Source of the DNA: Macrostomum lignano
Lineage: Eukaryota
Direction: 5' to 3'
NCBI GenBank assembly: GCA_002269645.1
Contig: NIVC01002285.1
Span: 62,001 to 126,000 of the forward strand
Length of the DNA stretch: 64,000 nt
A model generated the notes under the pieces. The model searched no databases and was not told where the DNA came from. It saw only the letters and a list, made by a program, of their open reading frames with translations. The translations under genes and the position numbers were made by a program. Shown here piece after piece: positions 24,201 through 35,314 of the stretch; within the stretch, counting starts at the first letter, position 1; every line of letters begins with the position of its first letter.

Positions 24201-25166
24201 GTGGGGGCGGGCCCGACCGCGGCCAGATGGTCCGGCCTGGAGACGGTGCTGGTCATCTGGCTGCTGCTGCAGCTGGTGCAGGAGATCGCCAGTCCCGCCT
24301 GGGATGGCGGCTCCGCGCTGCCACCGCTGCCGCCGCTCATCTCCGCGCTGCTGTTGCCGGTGTCAGCCTGCGCTGTCTCAGGCATCGGCCTGATCGTCTG
24401 GGCGGTGGCCAGCGGCGTGCCGGGCCCCGGGGTGCTGCTGGCTGCCAAGATTCTGCTGTGCCTGAGCGCGGCGCTGTGGTCCTGCCGCCTGCTGGCCGCC
24501 CTGCGACCCTGCCGGCTTGCCGGGCTGCCCGTGCAGCAACTCCTGCTGGTGCTTCGGCGGGACTGCTGGCCCATGGCGGCGTCCCTGCTGCCAGGATTCA
24601 CCTTGGGCGCCGCGCCCTTAGTCAGCCTGCTGGTCGCTGTGACCTACGCTGCCTCTTCTCCGGCCTATTCTATTCTAGTTGGCGTCTGCCTGTTCCTGCT
24701 GCTGCTGCTCTGCTGGCTTCTAGGAGCAAGATTCTGCGTCACCCTGGCCGAGGCCGGCGATCTGGCGGTCGGCAGGCAGCGCCGGTGCCGCCTGGCCGCA
24801 GCTGAGGCGCTGACGCCGGCCGGCTGCCTGCCCGCCCCGCTGAACATCGCCTACGCGGTGCCGCAGGCGCTGCTGCTCGGCCGGCGTCTCCGCGACCGCC
24901 TGACCGGCCAGGCCGACGCGGACATCGAGGCCGCAGCCGCGCTCAACCGGCAAGATGTCTATGGCAACGGTTGCCAGGGAGGCGGCGGCGGGGGAGACGT
25001 CGGGGCAGCCTCGGGCCAGCTGCTTCTCGGCGGCGGCACCGGGGGCGGAGGCGGCGGCAGCTGGGGGGCGGCGCACAAGGAGGACCGGCAGTTCCAGCTG
25101 TTCCAAGCCGCTGCGTTTCGCGGAAAGCGGCACAATTTCCAGCGGGCCTGGCCGCCGGCGAGCTAA
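21293..25166 (+). CDS. Highly diverged ankyrin-repeat TRP-channel-like protein (TRPC/TRPN/TRPM-related), ~844 aa; exons 21293-21297, 22208-22781, 23211-25166
   Basis: ATGAG|GTAATT splices in phase to CCTCCAG|C, and GAG|GTGAGT splices in phase 0 to ...CAATCCCCAG|GCC. The spliced length of 2535 nt is a whole number of codons. Ankyrin-like segments TPLEAALSAG, GRRVLHHAAAGG and DCRGRTFL; pre-S1 LLAAPALAEYADRRW and FSPRTKH; six hydrophobic segments; TRP-domain-like RQRRCRL...LPAPLNI. Confidence 0.72.
21360..22197. repeat. Intronic minisatellite, 20-bp unit TGTCAATCTTGGCGCCCTCA (TRP-like intron 1)
   Basis: About 40 tandem units. It shares the CTTGGCGCCC core with the 19540-20345 array. Confidence 0.93.
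22838..23169. repeat. Intronic minisatellite, 20-bp unit GTAGCAGGATGTCAGGAGAG (TRP-like intron 2)
   Basis: About 16 tandem units. Confidence 0.93.
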
Positions 25167-25799
25167 GGGGGGCTCGATTTGTTTTTTTTCAGCTGCTTTT
25201 GCATCGCTAAAGTGCACTGACCCTGGCTGGCTAAAAGTACATTAATTGCCGAGTCGATTTGACTGACAGGTGACGTAAGTCGTTTCCAATCCGCCCACTG
25301 TGTTTTACCTGCTAAGCCAGTCTCACTAGCGCGCCTGCGGCATTTGCATATTTAATGACTATATTAGTAAGCTATAGTTAATATCATTATTACGGCAATA
25401 TGATTCAGCGAAACTCGACAGCATGGACTTTTATACGCTGCTACTTATCGAAATTATCGAGCTGTCCTTCACAGTTTCACGCCCTCAGTCGCCAGCCCCT
25501 GGCTTTTTAGTCTCCTAGTTTTTTTAACACAAAGCTTTTGTTCGAAATTGCAACAGAAAACAGCACTAACTGGCGAGTTTTAATCTAACCAATCAGTCAC
25601 GTGACTCACTTTCACCTTTTTAGCTTTGCATCCTATATATACATGTATCTGTCAAATCTTGATTGCATATGCAATATTATAAATATATTTTTGGCATCTA
25701 TCAAAGCACTATTTGAATTAGTTGGATACCGCTGAGCACTTCCTCATCAATGTGTTTGACTCGCTTTAAATTCTAATATGAAAATACGGGTGTAGGTGC

Positions 25800-26430
25800 C
25801 TCGGGTCCTTCGAAACTTCACCATGGCTAATTCGGCCCGCTCAAGGTTTGTGTCTCTTCTCAGCTCTCTCCTCTCGTTTCTTCTCCCCTCTCATCTCTTT
25901 CCTCTTCCCTCTCTATACCCTCTCCTTTCCTCTCTCATCTGGCCCACAGCAATGATCTGGGCTTAGCTGTCAGGGTTGCAGGCACACAGCATAGTACATG
26001 TGCATGTATAGACAGGGCCGCAGCTGGCCAATCAGCGTGCGCCGCGCCATCAGTCAGGGCTGGGGGGTAAGAAAAAATGGGGCTGGCGCTGCAAATGCTG
26101 TACGTTCGTGGCCAATCAGAGAGCAGCTGGGGAATTGTTGTCGCCCAGGAAATTCACTGACTGGGATCGAATAAGATTTAATTGTGGGTTCCAGGGTTGT
26201 AGCCTAGTGGTTGGAGCAGGACTCGGCAAACTGCGCCCCGAAGGCCACATGCGGCCCACGAAGCCTCTCTATCCGGCCCGAGGGTCCTCTGAAATTTCAA
26301 AAGCAGCAATCCTGCCCGCTCGGGGTTCGTGTCTCTTCTCAGCTCTCTTCTCCTCTCTCCCCTCTCCACTCCTCTCCCCTCTTTTTCTCTCTCTTCTCCT
26401 CTCCTTTTTAATAATTTGGCCCGCAGCCAT
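25800..26430. repeat. Diverged direct duplication of ~170 bp (about 25800-25960 and 26280-26430)
   Basis: Both copies carry GGGTCCT..GAAA.TTCA...GCCCGCTC..GGTT.GTGTCTCTTCTCAGCTCTCT, a CT-rich tract, and TGGCCC.CAGC.ATG. Confidence 0.7.
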
Positions 26431-26797
26431 GCGCTCGATTCTCGAGGTCGGGAGTTCGATTCTCGACCCACTCGACGGAACAATTTGTGTCCTTGACCAA
26501 GACACTCAACTCTGCATTGCTTCAGTTCACCCAGCTGTAAAATAGGCGACAGCATCGATCACCTCGTGTAAAAAATAGGTATCAAATATCTAGTATGTAT
26601 GAAAAATTTACAAGATCTAAACAAACAAAGACATGTATGTAAAAAGACATAGTAAGTACACTGCATAGGAAAAATCATAGACATTCAGTTTGTGTGGATT
26701 TGCAGTCAGCAAGCCAACAGTCTGTGAAAAGGGCCGCCCATGAAGTGCTGCAGCAGCGGGCGCGTGTCCGGGTCGCGCACCAGCCCCGGGTTTCGCT

Positions 26798-27964
26798 TCA
26801 AGTAGGCGAGGAAGGCGCTCTGGCTGGCATGGTACGCCAGGCTCGCCGCGTAAGTCGTCCGAGTTTCTCTGCGATCGTCGACAAGTGCCGGTTTCTCTCA
26901 GTCAGACTCTGGAAAGCCTGCGAGTGGGCAAGGAGCAGGGCTGAGTCGTGCGTGAGGGGTTAATGGCAATGAGGATACCGATGTGAATATGAATATAGCG
27001 ATATTCACCTAGAGACACCGATATTCATCTAGAGACACCGATTTTCATCTAGAGACACCGATTTTCATCTAGAGACACAGATATTCATCTAGAGACACCG
27101 ATTTTCATCTAGAGACGCCGATATTCATCTAGAGACCCCGAAATCTATCTAGAGACACCGATATTCATCTAGAGACACCGATATTCATCTAGAGACACCG
27201 ATATTCATCTAGAGACACCGATTTTCATCTAGAGACACCGATATTCATCTAGAGACACCGATATTCATCTAGAGACACCGATATTCATCTAGAGACACCG
27301 ATTTTCATCTAGAGACACCGATATTCATCTAGAGACACCGATTTTCATCTAGAGACGCCGATATTCATCTAGAGACCCCGAAATCTATCTAGAGACACCG
27401 ATATTCATCTAGAGACACAGATATTCATCTAGAGACACCGATATTCATCTAGAGACACAGATATTCACCTAGAGACACCGATTTTCATCTAGAGACACCG
27501 ATATTCATCTAGAGACACAGATATTCATCTAGAGACACCGATATTCATCTAGAGACACCGATATTCATCTAGAGACACCGATATTCATCTAGAGACACCG
27601 ATTTTCATCTAGAGACACCGATTTTCATCTAGAGACACCGATATTCATCTAGAGACACCGATTTTCATCTAGAGACGCCGATATTCATCTAGAGACCCCG
27701 AAATCTATCTAGAGACACCGATATTCATTTGGAGACGCGATATTCATCTAGAGACACCGACATTAATCTAGAGACCTACAGACGGATTCGAATAGGCAAT
27801 AGCTTCCCCCATAGCAACTAAACAAAGCCGAGTACCTCTTTGAGCCGCTGCTGCCTCTGCTTCTTCTTCAGCCGGCAAAGCCGAGCCGCCTCTCGATTCT
27901 TCTTCCGCCTGGCGTCCTCGGCAGTTTGAGCTGCAGGCGCCACGGCAGCTTGGCAGTGCTTCAT
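26798..27964 (-). CDS. Minimal bZIP protein, 82 aa as written; exons 27964-27836, 26917-26798 (an alternative frame extends to 26706)
   Basis: Basic region RRKKNREAARLCRLKKK. The phase-0 intron GAG|GTACTC ... CACTCGCAG|GCT continues a perfect Leu heptad: LKEAFQS LTERNRH LSTIAEK L. An upstream in-frame extension to 28027 has no ATG. Confidence 0.8.
27005..27775. repeat. Intronic minisatellite, 20-bp unit GATATTCATCTAGAGACACC (mini-bZIP intron)
   Basis: About 38 highly homogeneous units. Confidence 0.95.
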
Positions 27965-28163
27965 CGTTGGTGCAATGTCTGGCTGGTGCACTCTGAGTAA
28001 CAATGACTTTTTATGCCAAACTGACACTCCCCTGCGCTATTGTTGAGCACCTTTGAAAGAAATTTATAAATAGCGATGAAGTAATCTGCAAAGGCCAAAT
28101 ACTTCGTTAATAAAATCATAAGCAAATTAATGATTAACTTAGTAAAGCAATTCAGCAGGAATG

Positions 28164-28170
28164 TGACTCA
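28164..28170. promoter_or_regulatory. AP-1 site TGACTCA about 200 bp upstream of the mini-bZIP ATG
   Basis: Exact TRE consensus; function untested. Confidence 0.35.
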
Positions 28171-29155
28171 GATTCGAAAATAGATTCCATTGTGGCTCAT
28201 GTCTAATTTGTGTTCGTGACGCCCACACAAGTCGTTTAGTTGAAAATACTAGTATGAGCGTACACTAATTTCAACTCACAATCTGTTTGCAAATGCTCGT
28301 ACTGCATGAATAAGGTAAAAAACAAACCAGATAGGCGTCTCTCCAAAACTGTTACCAAATGGCTATTCTGGAACTTTGGCAACAAAATCCAACAAAATGT
28401 GCCATAAACAGTGAACAGTTTTCGTTAGAACAAAATCTCAAGTCGGGGAATTCCCAAAGTGCGAGCAGCATTATATTTTGTGAAGCAAACTGTCAATTGA
28501 AAAGAATCGCCAGTTCAAACTGACCTACTCACAGTAGGCTATAATGTTTATTACATATATTTTGTAGCTCGTACGGCCAGCCGAGCAGTCAGTGTACACT
28601 TCAAAAAGTACACCGAAAACCTGCTTGTTTCTTGTACTGCACTTGGCAAGAGAGAGAGATATGGGGGAGAGAGAGTCCAATGTACATAGACCGCCATATA
28701 GCTCTAACCTGAAGTCTGTGACGCAGTTAAAATCCAGGTGACTAAAAATAGTGAACCCTTCTCACAACAAGCACTCAGCACTGCAGCCGCTCAGGCCCTT
28801 GTTGAGGCCAGACTGGGACTGCTTGAGTACCCAAAAAAAAGATAAAATTCCTAAAGCTCAAAAAGTTCACGTAGTCGATAAGACTGTGAAATTTTAACTA
28901 ATGCGAAACTTCTGAGATAAGGCTTTAACTCAGCTTAAATTAATGATGTATATTTCATAGAATTCGAGCAAGCACAATACCAGGGTTTTGCGTACATGTA
29001 TCACGCATCTTACGAGTAAAAATGCTCCGGGACAAACGAATGCCACCGACAAATGAAAAATAGTACTTTAGTGTATAAAGGATTAAACAGACGCAGTGAA
29101 GATTATGATTCGGTGTCAGTTAGTTAATCTGCAGTGCCATATTGCTCATCTACAA

Positions 29156-29950
29156 TCAGTGCGAAAGCTGCATACACGCCGTCTCCAGCTTCACTGCGGA
29201 CTGCGGCGTCAGCAGAAAGGGCGTCAGGCCGCTGCCGCAACCCCTGGGAGTCGTCAGCGAAGGCAGCTCGGAGTCCGGTGGCGGCGCCGGCTGCAGCGAC
29301 AGACTCGCCGGCCTGCGGGCCTGCGGCGGCTCATGTGGAGTCTGCGGTGTCGGCGGCGCCGCCAGCCAGACAGACGAAGGCGAAGAGGGCGACGAGGAGA
29401 GGAACTGCGAGTCATCGGCGTCCGCGGCCATCGGGCCGGGCAACTGGCAGTGCGCCCGGTGCGACCTCAGCTGCGCCTCCAGCTGGGCCCTGGCAGCGGC
29501 CAGCTCGGCCACCTCTGCCTCCAGGTCCCCGTTGGCCGCCTCCAGATCCCTGACACAGTCGGCCAGCGTCTCCAGCCGGTCCTGACGGCGCTGCCGGCAC
29601 TTGGCAGCCGCGGCCCGGTTCCGCTCGCGCCGCCTGGCCAGACGGTAAGAGTTCAGGCTAGCTGCCGCGGGTCGCGGCGCCTGCTGAGGCGGCACCTGCG
29701 GAGCAACGGCGGCGGCGGAGCTGATGACGACCTCCTGGCTGGCTGGCCAGGCCTGCAGGTCGATGGCAGCGGGGACCATCGCCAGCTGCTGATGCTGGAG
29801 CGGCTGCTGCACTGCCGGGGCGGCCGCCAGCACAATCTGCTGCTGAGGCTCGCGATTCTCCAGATCGTTCGGCGTCTTGGCGATGAGGAACTCGCTGAAG
29901 TAGCCGGTGTCGGTGCGGCGGTGTCGCAGGAACTTCAGACTTTTCACCAT
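29156..29950 (-). CDS. Fos/ATF3-family bZIP transcription factor, 264 aa, single coding exon
   Basis: Perfect Kozak GCCACCATGG. Basic region RRRERNRAAAAKCRQRR, five-heptad zipper ending LRSHRAHC (the Fos/ATF3/JDP2 HxxxC signature), and a Pro/Ser-rich C-terminus. Confidence 0.9.
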   Translation of the reverse strand: MVKSLKFLRHRRTDTGYFSEFLIAKTPNDLENREPQQQIVLAAAPAVQQPLQHQQLAMVPAAIDLQAWPASQEVVISSAAAVAPQVPPQQAPRPAAASLNSYRLARRRERNRAAAAKCRQRRQDRLETLADCVRDLEAANGDLEAEVAELAAARAQLEAQLRSHRAHCQLPGPMAADADDSQFLSSSPSSPSSVWLAAPPTPQTPHEPPQARRPASLSLQPAPPPDSELPSLTTPRGCGSGLTPFLLTPQSAVKLETACMQLSH

Positions 29951-30081
29951 GGTGGCAAGCGGTTGCTTTCAGTCTTCTGTTAGTGTAGCTTTCGCTCTGG
30001 ATTTCCCGGCGTATTCTGCTTGGGCTTGGGGAAAGAGCCTTGAAGATCTTGGCCAGTATTATATAGGGTATTCCCGCTGGC

Positions 30082-30088
30082 TGACTCA
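30082..30088. promoter_or_regulatory. AP-1 site TGACTCA about 130 bp upstream of the Fos-like ATG
   Basis: Exact TRE consensus; a CRE-like TGACGCCA lies near 30233. Confidence 0.35.
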
Positions 30089-30464
30089 TGCTGCTAATTT
30101 TATCCGCTATTTTTAGCGCATGAGCCATGCATGAGCGGGAGAGGAGAGGGCCACGCCAAGCGGAATTCCAAAGTTAGGCAAAGCCGAACGGCTGCTAAAA
30201 TTAGATCGGTCTGCAGCGGTCTTCAGGCCGAGTGACGCCATTGGCGCTCTGGGAGTACAGTTGGAGAGAGAGACAGAATGGACACTTTCGGGTGCTATAT
30301 TTTCTAAGTGCAGCGCTAGCTTTAGTGTGATAGAGAGGCGAATCGGTGCAACTTGGCTTGTTTTGAAGTCGGTACCAAAATTTTCTAAAAATATCTCAGT
30401 AGAAATTTCCATTTCACATAAAGTCGTGAGCGCAACTACATGTACCTCATTTGTCGTGAGCGCT

Positions 30465-31572
30465 ACTACCTCATCTCAGACGCTTCAGTGAGCGCCTCTA
30501 CCTCATCTCAGACGTTTCAGTGAGCGCCTCTACCTCATCTCAGTCGCTTCATTGAGTGCCTAGCTACCTCATCTCAGTCGCTTCAGTGAGCGCCAAGCTA
30601 CCTCCATCTCAGTAGCTTCAGTGAGTGCCTAGCTACCTCATCTCAGTAGCTTCAGTGAGTGCCTAGCTACCTCATCTCAGTAGCTTCAGTGAGCGCCTAG
30701 CTACCTCATCTCAGTAGCTTCAGTGAGTGCCTAGCTACCTCATCTCAGTAGCTTCAGTGAGCGCCTCTACATGTAGCTACCTCATCTCAGTAGCTTCAGT
30801 GAGCGCCTCTACATGTAGCTACCTCATCTCAGTAGCTTCAGTGAGTGCCTAGCTACCTCATCTCAGTAGCTTCAGTGAGCGCCTCTACATGTAGCTACCT
30901 CATTTCAGTAGCTTCAGTGAGCGCCTCTACATGTAGCTACCTCATCTCAGTAGCTTCAGTGAGTGCCTAGCTACCTCATCTCAGTAGCTTCAGTGAGCGC
31001 CTCTACATGTAGCTACCTCATCTCAGTAGCTTCAGTGAGCGCCTCTACATGTAGCTACCTCATCTCAGTAGCTTCAGTGAGTGCCTAGCTACCTCATCTC
31101 AGTAGCTTCAGTGAGCGCCTCTACATGTAGCTACCTCATTTCAGTAGCTTCAGTGAGCGCCTCTACATGTAGCTACCTCATCTCAGTAGCTTCAGTGAGT
31201 GCCTAGCTACCTCATCTCAGTAGCCTCAGTGAGTGCCTAGCTACCTCATCTCAGTAGCTTCAGTGAGCGCCTAGCTACCTCATCTCAGTAGCTTCAGTGA
31301 GTTGCCTAGCTACCTCATCTCAGTAGCTTCAGTGAGTGCCTAGCTACCTTATCTCAGTAGCTTCAGTGAGCGCCTAGCTACCTCATCTCAGTAGCTTCGG
31401 TGAACGCCTAGCTACCTCATCTCAGTAGCTTCAGTGAGCGCCTAGCTACCTCCATCTCAGTAGCTTCAGTGAGTGCCTAGCTACCTCATCTCAGTAGCTT
31501 CAGTGAGCGCCTCTACATGTAGCTACCTCATCTCATTCGCTTCAGTGAGCGCCTAGCTACCTCATCTCAGTC
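30465..31572. repeat. 34/42-bp minisatellite GCTACCTCATCTCAGTAGCTTCAGTGAGCGCCTA
   Basis: About 30 tandem units with two length variants and an internal AGCTAC/GTAGCT inverted repeat. Confidence 0.94.
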
Positions 31573-31849
31573 GTGAGCGCCCCTGGTTACACAGCTGCGA
31601 GGTTTAGCATTGATCGTCGTGGCATTCTTGTGAATTTTGGTACAACAAAGAAAAAGAGTTTTTAAAGAATAAAAAGCCAATTGTAACAATTAAACTACTG
31701 ATCATTAGTAGTGTTGAACGGTTTTTAAGAACAATAAAACTAACACGCGAATGCATTGAGCGGGTTTATTAAACAGTAGTTAGCGCATATTGCAGAGTTG
31801 AGAAAATGCAGGAGTTAAAAAAGTCAATCAATCACTCAGCTGCCAAAGG

Positions 31850-33711
31850 TCAATCCTTCTCTGGCACGCCAGCAAGCTGGGTGAGAAAGCGCCATTCCTC
31901 ATCGCTGACTGGCTGCACAGAGAGCCTGGGGCAGGTGCACAGTGCCAGGTTGCGCAGCGGCCCGCCGGACTGCTTGTGCGCCAGGTGCAGCTCGCGCAGC
32001 TCCGCCAGGGGCAGCGGCCGCGGCAGCTCCGACTCGAATTTCACGTCGACAGCGAACCAGCGCGGATTGGACGGCTGGGAGGCTGCGTCGAAGTGCGCCC
32101 GTCCGGGTTCGAACTGGGTCGGGTCCGGGTAGCCGCGGCTGAGGGGCGGATTCCGGTTGGATGGGGCGGACTCCGGTTGGATGGGGCGGATTCTAGATGG
32201 ATGCAGCTGAGGGGGGGCGGATTCTAGATGGATGCAGCTGGGGGGGGGCGGATTCCAGTTGGATGCAGCTGAGGGGCGGATTCCAACTGGATGCAGCTGA
32301 GAGTGGGGGGGCGGATTCTAGATAGATGCAGCTGAGGGGGGGATTCTAGATATATGCAGTTGAGGGGGGCGGATTCCAACTGGATGCAGTTGAGGGGGTG
32401 GATTTCAGTTGGATGCAGCTGAGGGGGGCGGATTCCAGCTGAATTCAGCTGAGAGTGGGGGCGGATTCTAGATATATGCAGTTGAGGGGGGCGGATTTTA
32501 GATGGATGCAGCTGAGGGGGGCGGATTCCAGTTGGATGCAGCTGGTGCAGCTGAGGGGGCGGATTTTAGCTGGATTCAGCTGAGGAGGGGCGGATTCTAG
32601 ATGGATGCAGTTGAGGGGGCGGATTTTAGCTGGATTCAGCTGAGGAGGGGCGGATTCTAGATGGATGCAGTTGAGGGGGCGGATTTTAGCTGGATTCAGC
32701 TGAGGAGGGGCGGATTCTAGATGGATGGAGCTGAGGAGGGGCGCATTCTAGATGGATGCAGTTGAGGGGGGCGGATCCTAGATGGATGCAGCTGAGGAGG
32801 GGCGGATTCTAGATAGATGCAGCTGAGGGGGCGGATTTTAGCTGGATTCAGCTGAGGAGGGGCGGATTCTAGATAGATGCAGCTGAGGGGGCGGATTTTA
32901 GCTGGATGCAGCTGAGGGGGGCGGATTCTAGATGGATGCAGCTGAGGAGGGGCGGATTCTAGATGGATGCAGTTGAGGGGGCGGATTTTAGCTGGATTCA
33001 GCTGAGGAGGGGCGGATTCTAGATGGATGGAGCTGAGGAGGGGCGCATTCTAGATGGATGCAGTTGAGGGGGGCGGATCCTAGATGGATGCAGCTGAGGA
33101 GGGGCGGATTCTAGATAGATGCAGCTGAGGGGGCGGATTTTAGCTGGATTCAGCTGAGGAGGGGCGGATTCTAGATAGATGCAGCTGAGGGGGGCGGATT
33201 CTAGATGGATGCAGCTGAGGGGGGCGGATTCTAGATGGATGCAGCTGAGGGGGGCGGATTCCAGTTGGATGCAGCTGGAGGGGGGCGGATTCCAGTTGGA
33301 TGCAGCTTGAGGGGGGATTCTGCAATCACAAAAGCAGGCTACTCACCTAACAATACGGGAAATGCCAACAATGCCAGGCTGCTTGCAGTTGCTGTGGTAG
33401 AAGAAGGCCAGGTGGCCTGGCTGCATGCTGTCACGCAGGAAATTCCTGGCCTGGTAGTTCCTGACACCGTCCCAGACGGCTGTGCCATCGGGCTGCTGCC
33501 TGAGATCGTCAAGGCTGAACTTCATCTCCTCGCCATTGGCCTCGATGCGGCTCTCTGGCTCGGATTTGATCAGCCAGCGCTGCCAGGCTGCGGCCGCCTG
33601 CACTGGCTTGGCTTTGGCCGGCTTCTTCACTGCCAACTGTGCAGCTGATTGCTGCTTCTGCTTGCTGCTGCTTTTTATTGGCTGCCGCCGCCTCTTTGAT
33701 TTGCCCGCCAT
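31850..33711 (-). CDS. THYN1: Thymocyte nuclear protein 1 (EVE domain), 217 aa; exons 33711-33347, 32138-31850
   Basis: Motifs WLIKSEPESR, WDGVRNYQARNFLRD, AFFYHSNCKQPGIVG, YPDPTQF, PRWFAVDVKF and RLSVQPV..EEW. Phase-2 intron AG|GTGAGT ... CCCCTCAG|C. AATAAA on the minus strand at 31770-31765. Confidence 0.96.
32140..33315. repeat. Intronic minisatellite, ~30-bp unit GCGGATTCTAGATGGATGCAGCTGAGGGGG (THYN1 intron)
   Basis: About 39 tandem variant units. Confidence 0.94.
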
Positions 33712-34328
33712 GAGTTTTGGTTGGCCATTGGGGTGGTTTTATGGCTCAAAGTGATCTCATTGTGGATAATAATAGCCTAATAATCTTAACTGCATTTTAA
33801 AATTTTAAGCAATAGAATCACTGAGATCCTGGGTTTAAATTTAAACTGAAATTTGGGATGCCCAATTGAAAACCCAGATGCTAGCTGGCATTAGTAGAAA
33901 AATTAACATTAAATAAGATATAAATAATTCTATCTTAAGCATCTCAAAATTGTAGAACTCTGCAAACTTTAATGTTTATAGATTATTCAAATTTGACAAT
34001 TGATAGAAGCTTGAAATCCTAAGAATCCTAATAATTCTAAAAGTATTAATATGCTTACTTTAATTTTAAATCAAAATATAAACTATAGAAAAATATGGAA
34101 TTTAAAATTAAATGACAATTAGCTTGGAAAAATGGGTTGCCAATTTGGCATCTAAGGTCCAAATTTGAGATTTTAAAATTAAAGTTGAGGTAAGGTAGCA
34201 TGCTTTAGAAGGTAAAGAAAGATAAAACTGAAAATCAACATAGATTATATTCTTTCAATGCATTTTGGTCTAACAATCTTCAGGTCTGGTGTATTTTTAG
34301 TCACACAACAACTTTTATAAGAGATAAG

Positions 34329-35203
34329 CAGTGTTGGGCACCAGTCCGTTAATAAGCGTTAATCCGTTAATAAGCGTTAATAAGCGTTAAGATTTTTCAT
34401 TAACGTTAACGGACTGTCGTTAAGATTTTTTTGAACTAACGGATTAACGAATTTGCGTTAAAAATTTTGAGAATTAACGATAAATTCATCGTTAACGGTA
34501 GTGTCTATGTCAATGACCAAAGACGCAAAGAAGGAACGAAAAATAGAAGTCTTACAAGAATTTTAAACATTACCTATATGCTTACCTATATGCCTAAATA
34601 TAATCTCTTTATTTATGACGATGATCATACAGACGTACATGTAATTAACAACTTCTGACAAATAAACTTTAAAATAATGAATTAAAATAGTGTGAAACTT
34701 TATTTCTTGCGCGTGAGCATCGATCGCTTTGATTCACTTCTGTCCCAATCTTTCGCAACTTTCTGCTGCGCCTGCTAATGGTACTGAAACAACCTTCCTA
34801 TGCGTATTTAATTATGAATTTCTCGCTATTAGCTTTTAAGTTTCAAATAAAATAAGTTACTTTTTTACCCTATGCTTTACTTTTAGTAGTATTATGCATG
34901 CAAGTTTTTAAAATGATTATTTATTACTTTTTTAGCTTTCAAATCGCTTAGATGACCTCTGTGTTTCGCTTAAAAGATGGAATAGCAAAGACGTGCAATA
35001 CGAAGTCTGTTTTGGAAAAAACGTGCAAGATTTCCGTATTTTCTGTGTTAACTTTAACGAATTAACGCTTATTAACGATTATCAGTTAACTTTCAGTTAA
35101 CTTAACGAAATTAGGAGTTAAAAAGTTAAGATTTTTTTGTTTTAACACTAACGCTTTTGCTATTAACGGAAGTTAAGATTTTCATTAACGGTGCCCAACA
35201 CTG
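34329..35203. mobile_element. Non-autonomous hAT-type MITE, 875 bp
   Basis: 14-bp TIR CAGTGTTGGGCACC / GGTGCCCAACACTG. Perfect 8-bp TSD GAGATAAG at 34321-34328 and 35204-35211. Many subterminal TAACG/CGTTA motifs. Confidence 0.95.
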
Positions 35204-35314
35204 GAGATAAGCAAACAAATGTTTACTGTACAGTCCAAGGGGCAGATCATGGGCAGAATTTTCAAAGTAAATGAGCAGAGATTACAAGTACATTGTTCAG
35301 GTTTGTGCCTTCAC

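Noticed and set aside
26425-26475. tRNA gene (GTTCGATTC B-box)
   Set aside because: No cloverleaf or A-box. At most a SINE fragment.
29096-29983. 295-aa plus-strand ORF opposite the Fos-like gene, and similar antisense ORFs over the TRP-like, SLU7 and CFAP53 exons
   Set aside because: These are shadow ORFs caused by high GC3 of the true coding strand.
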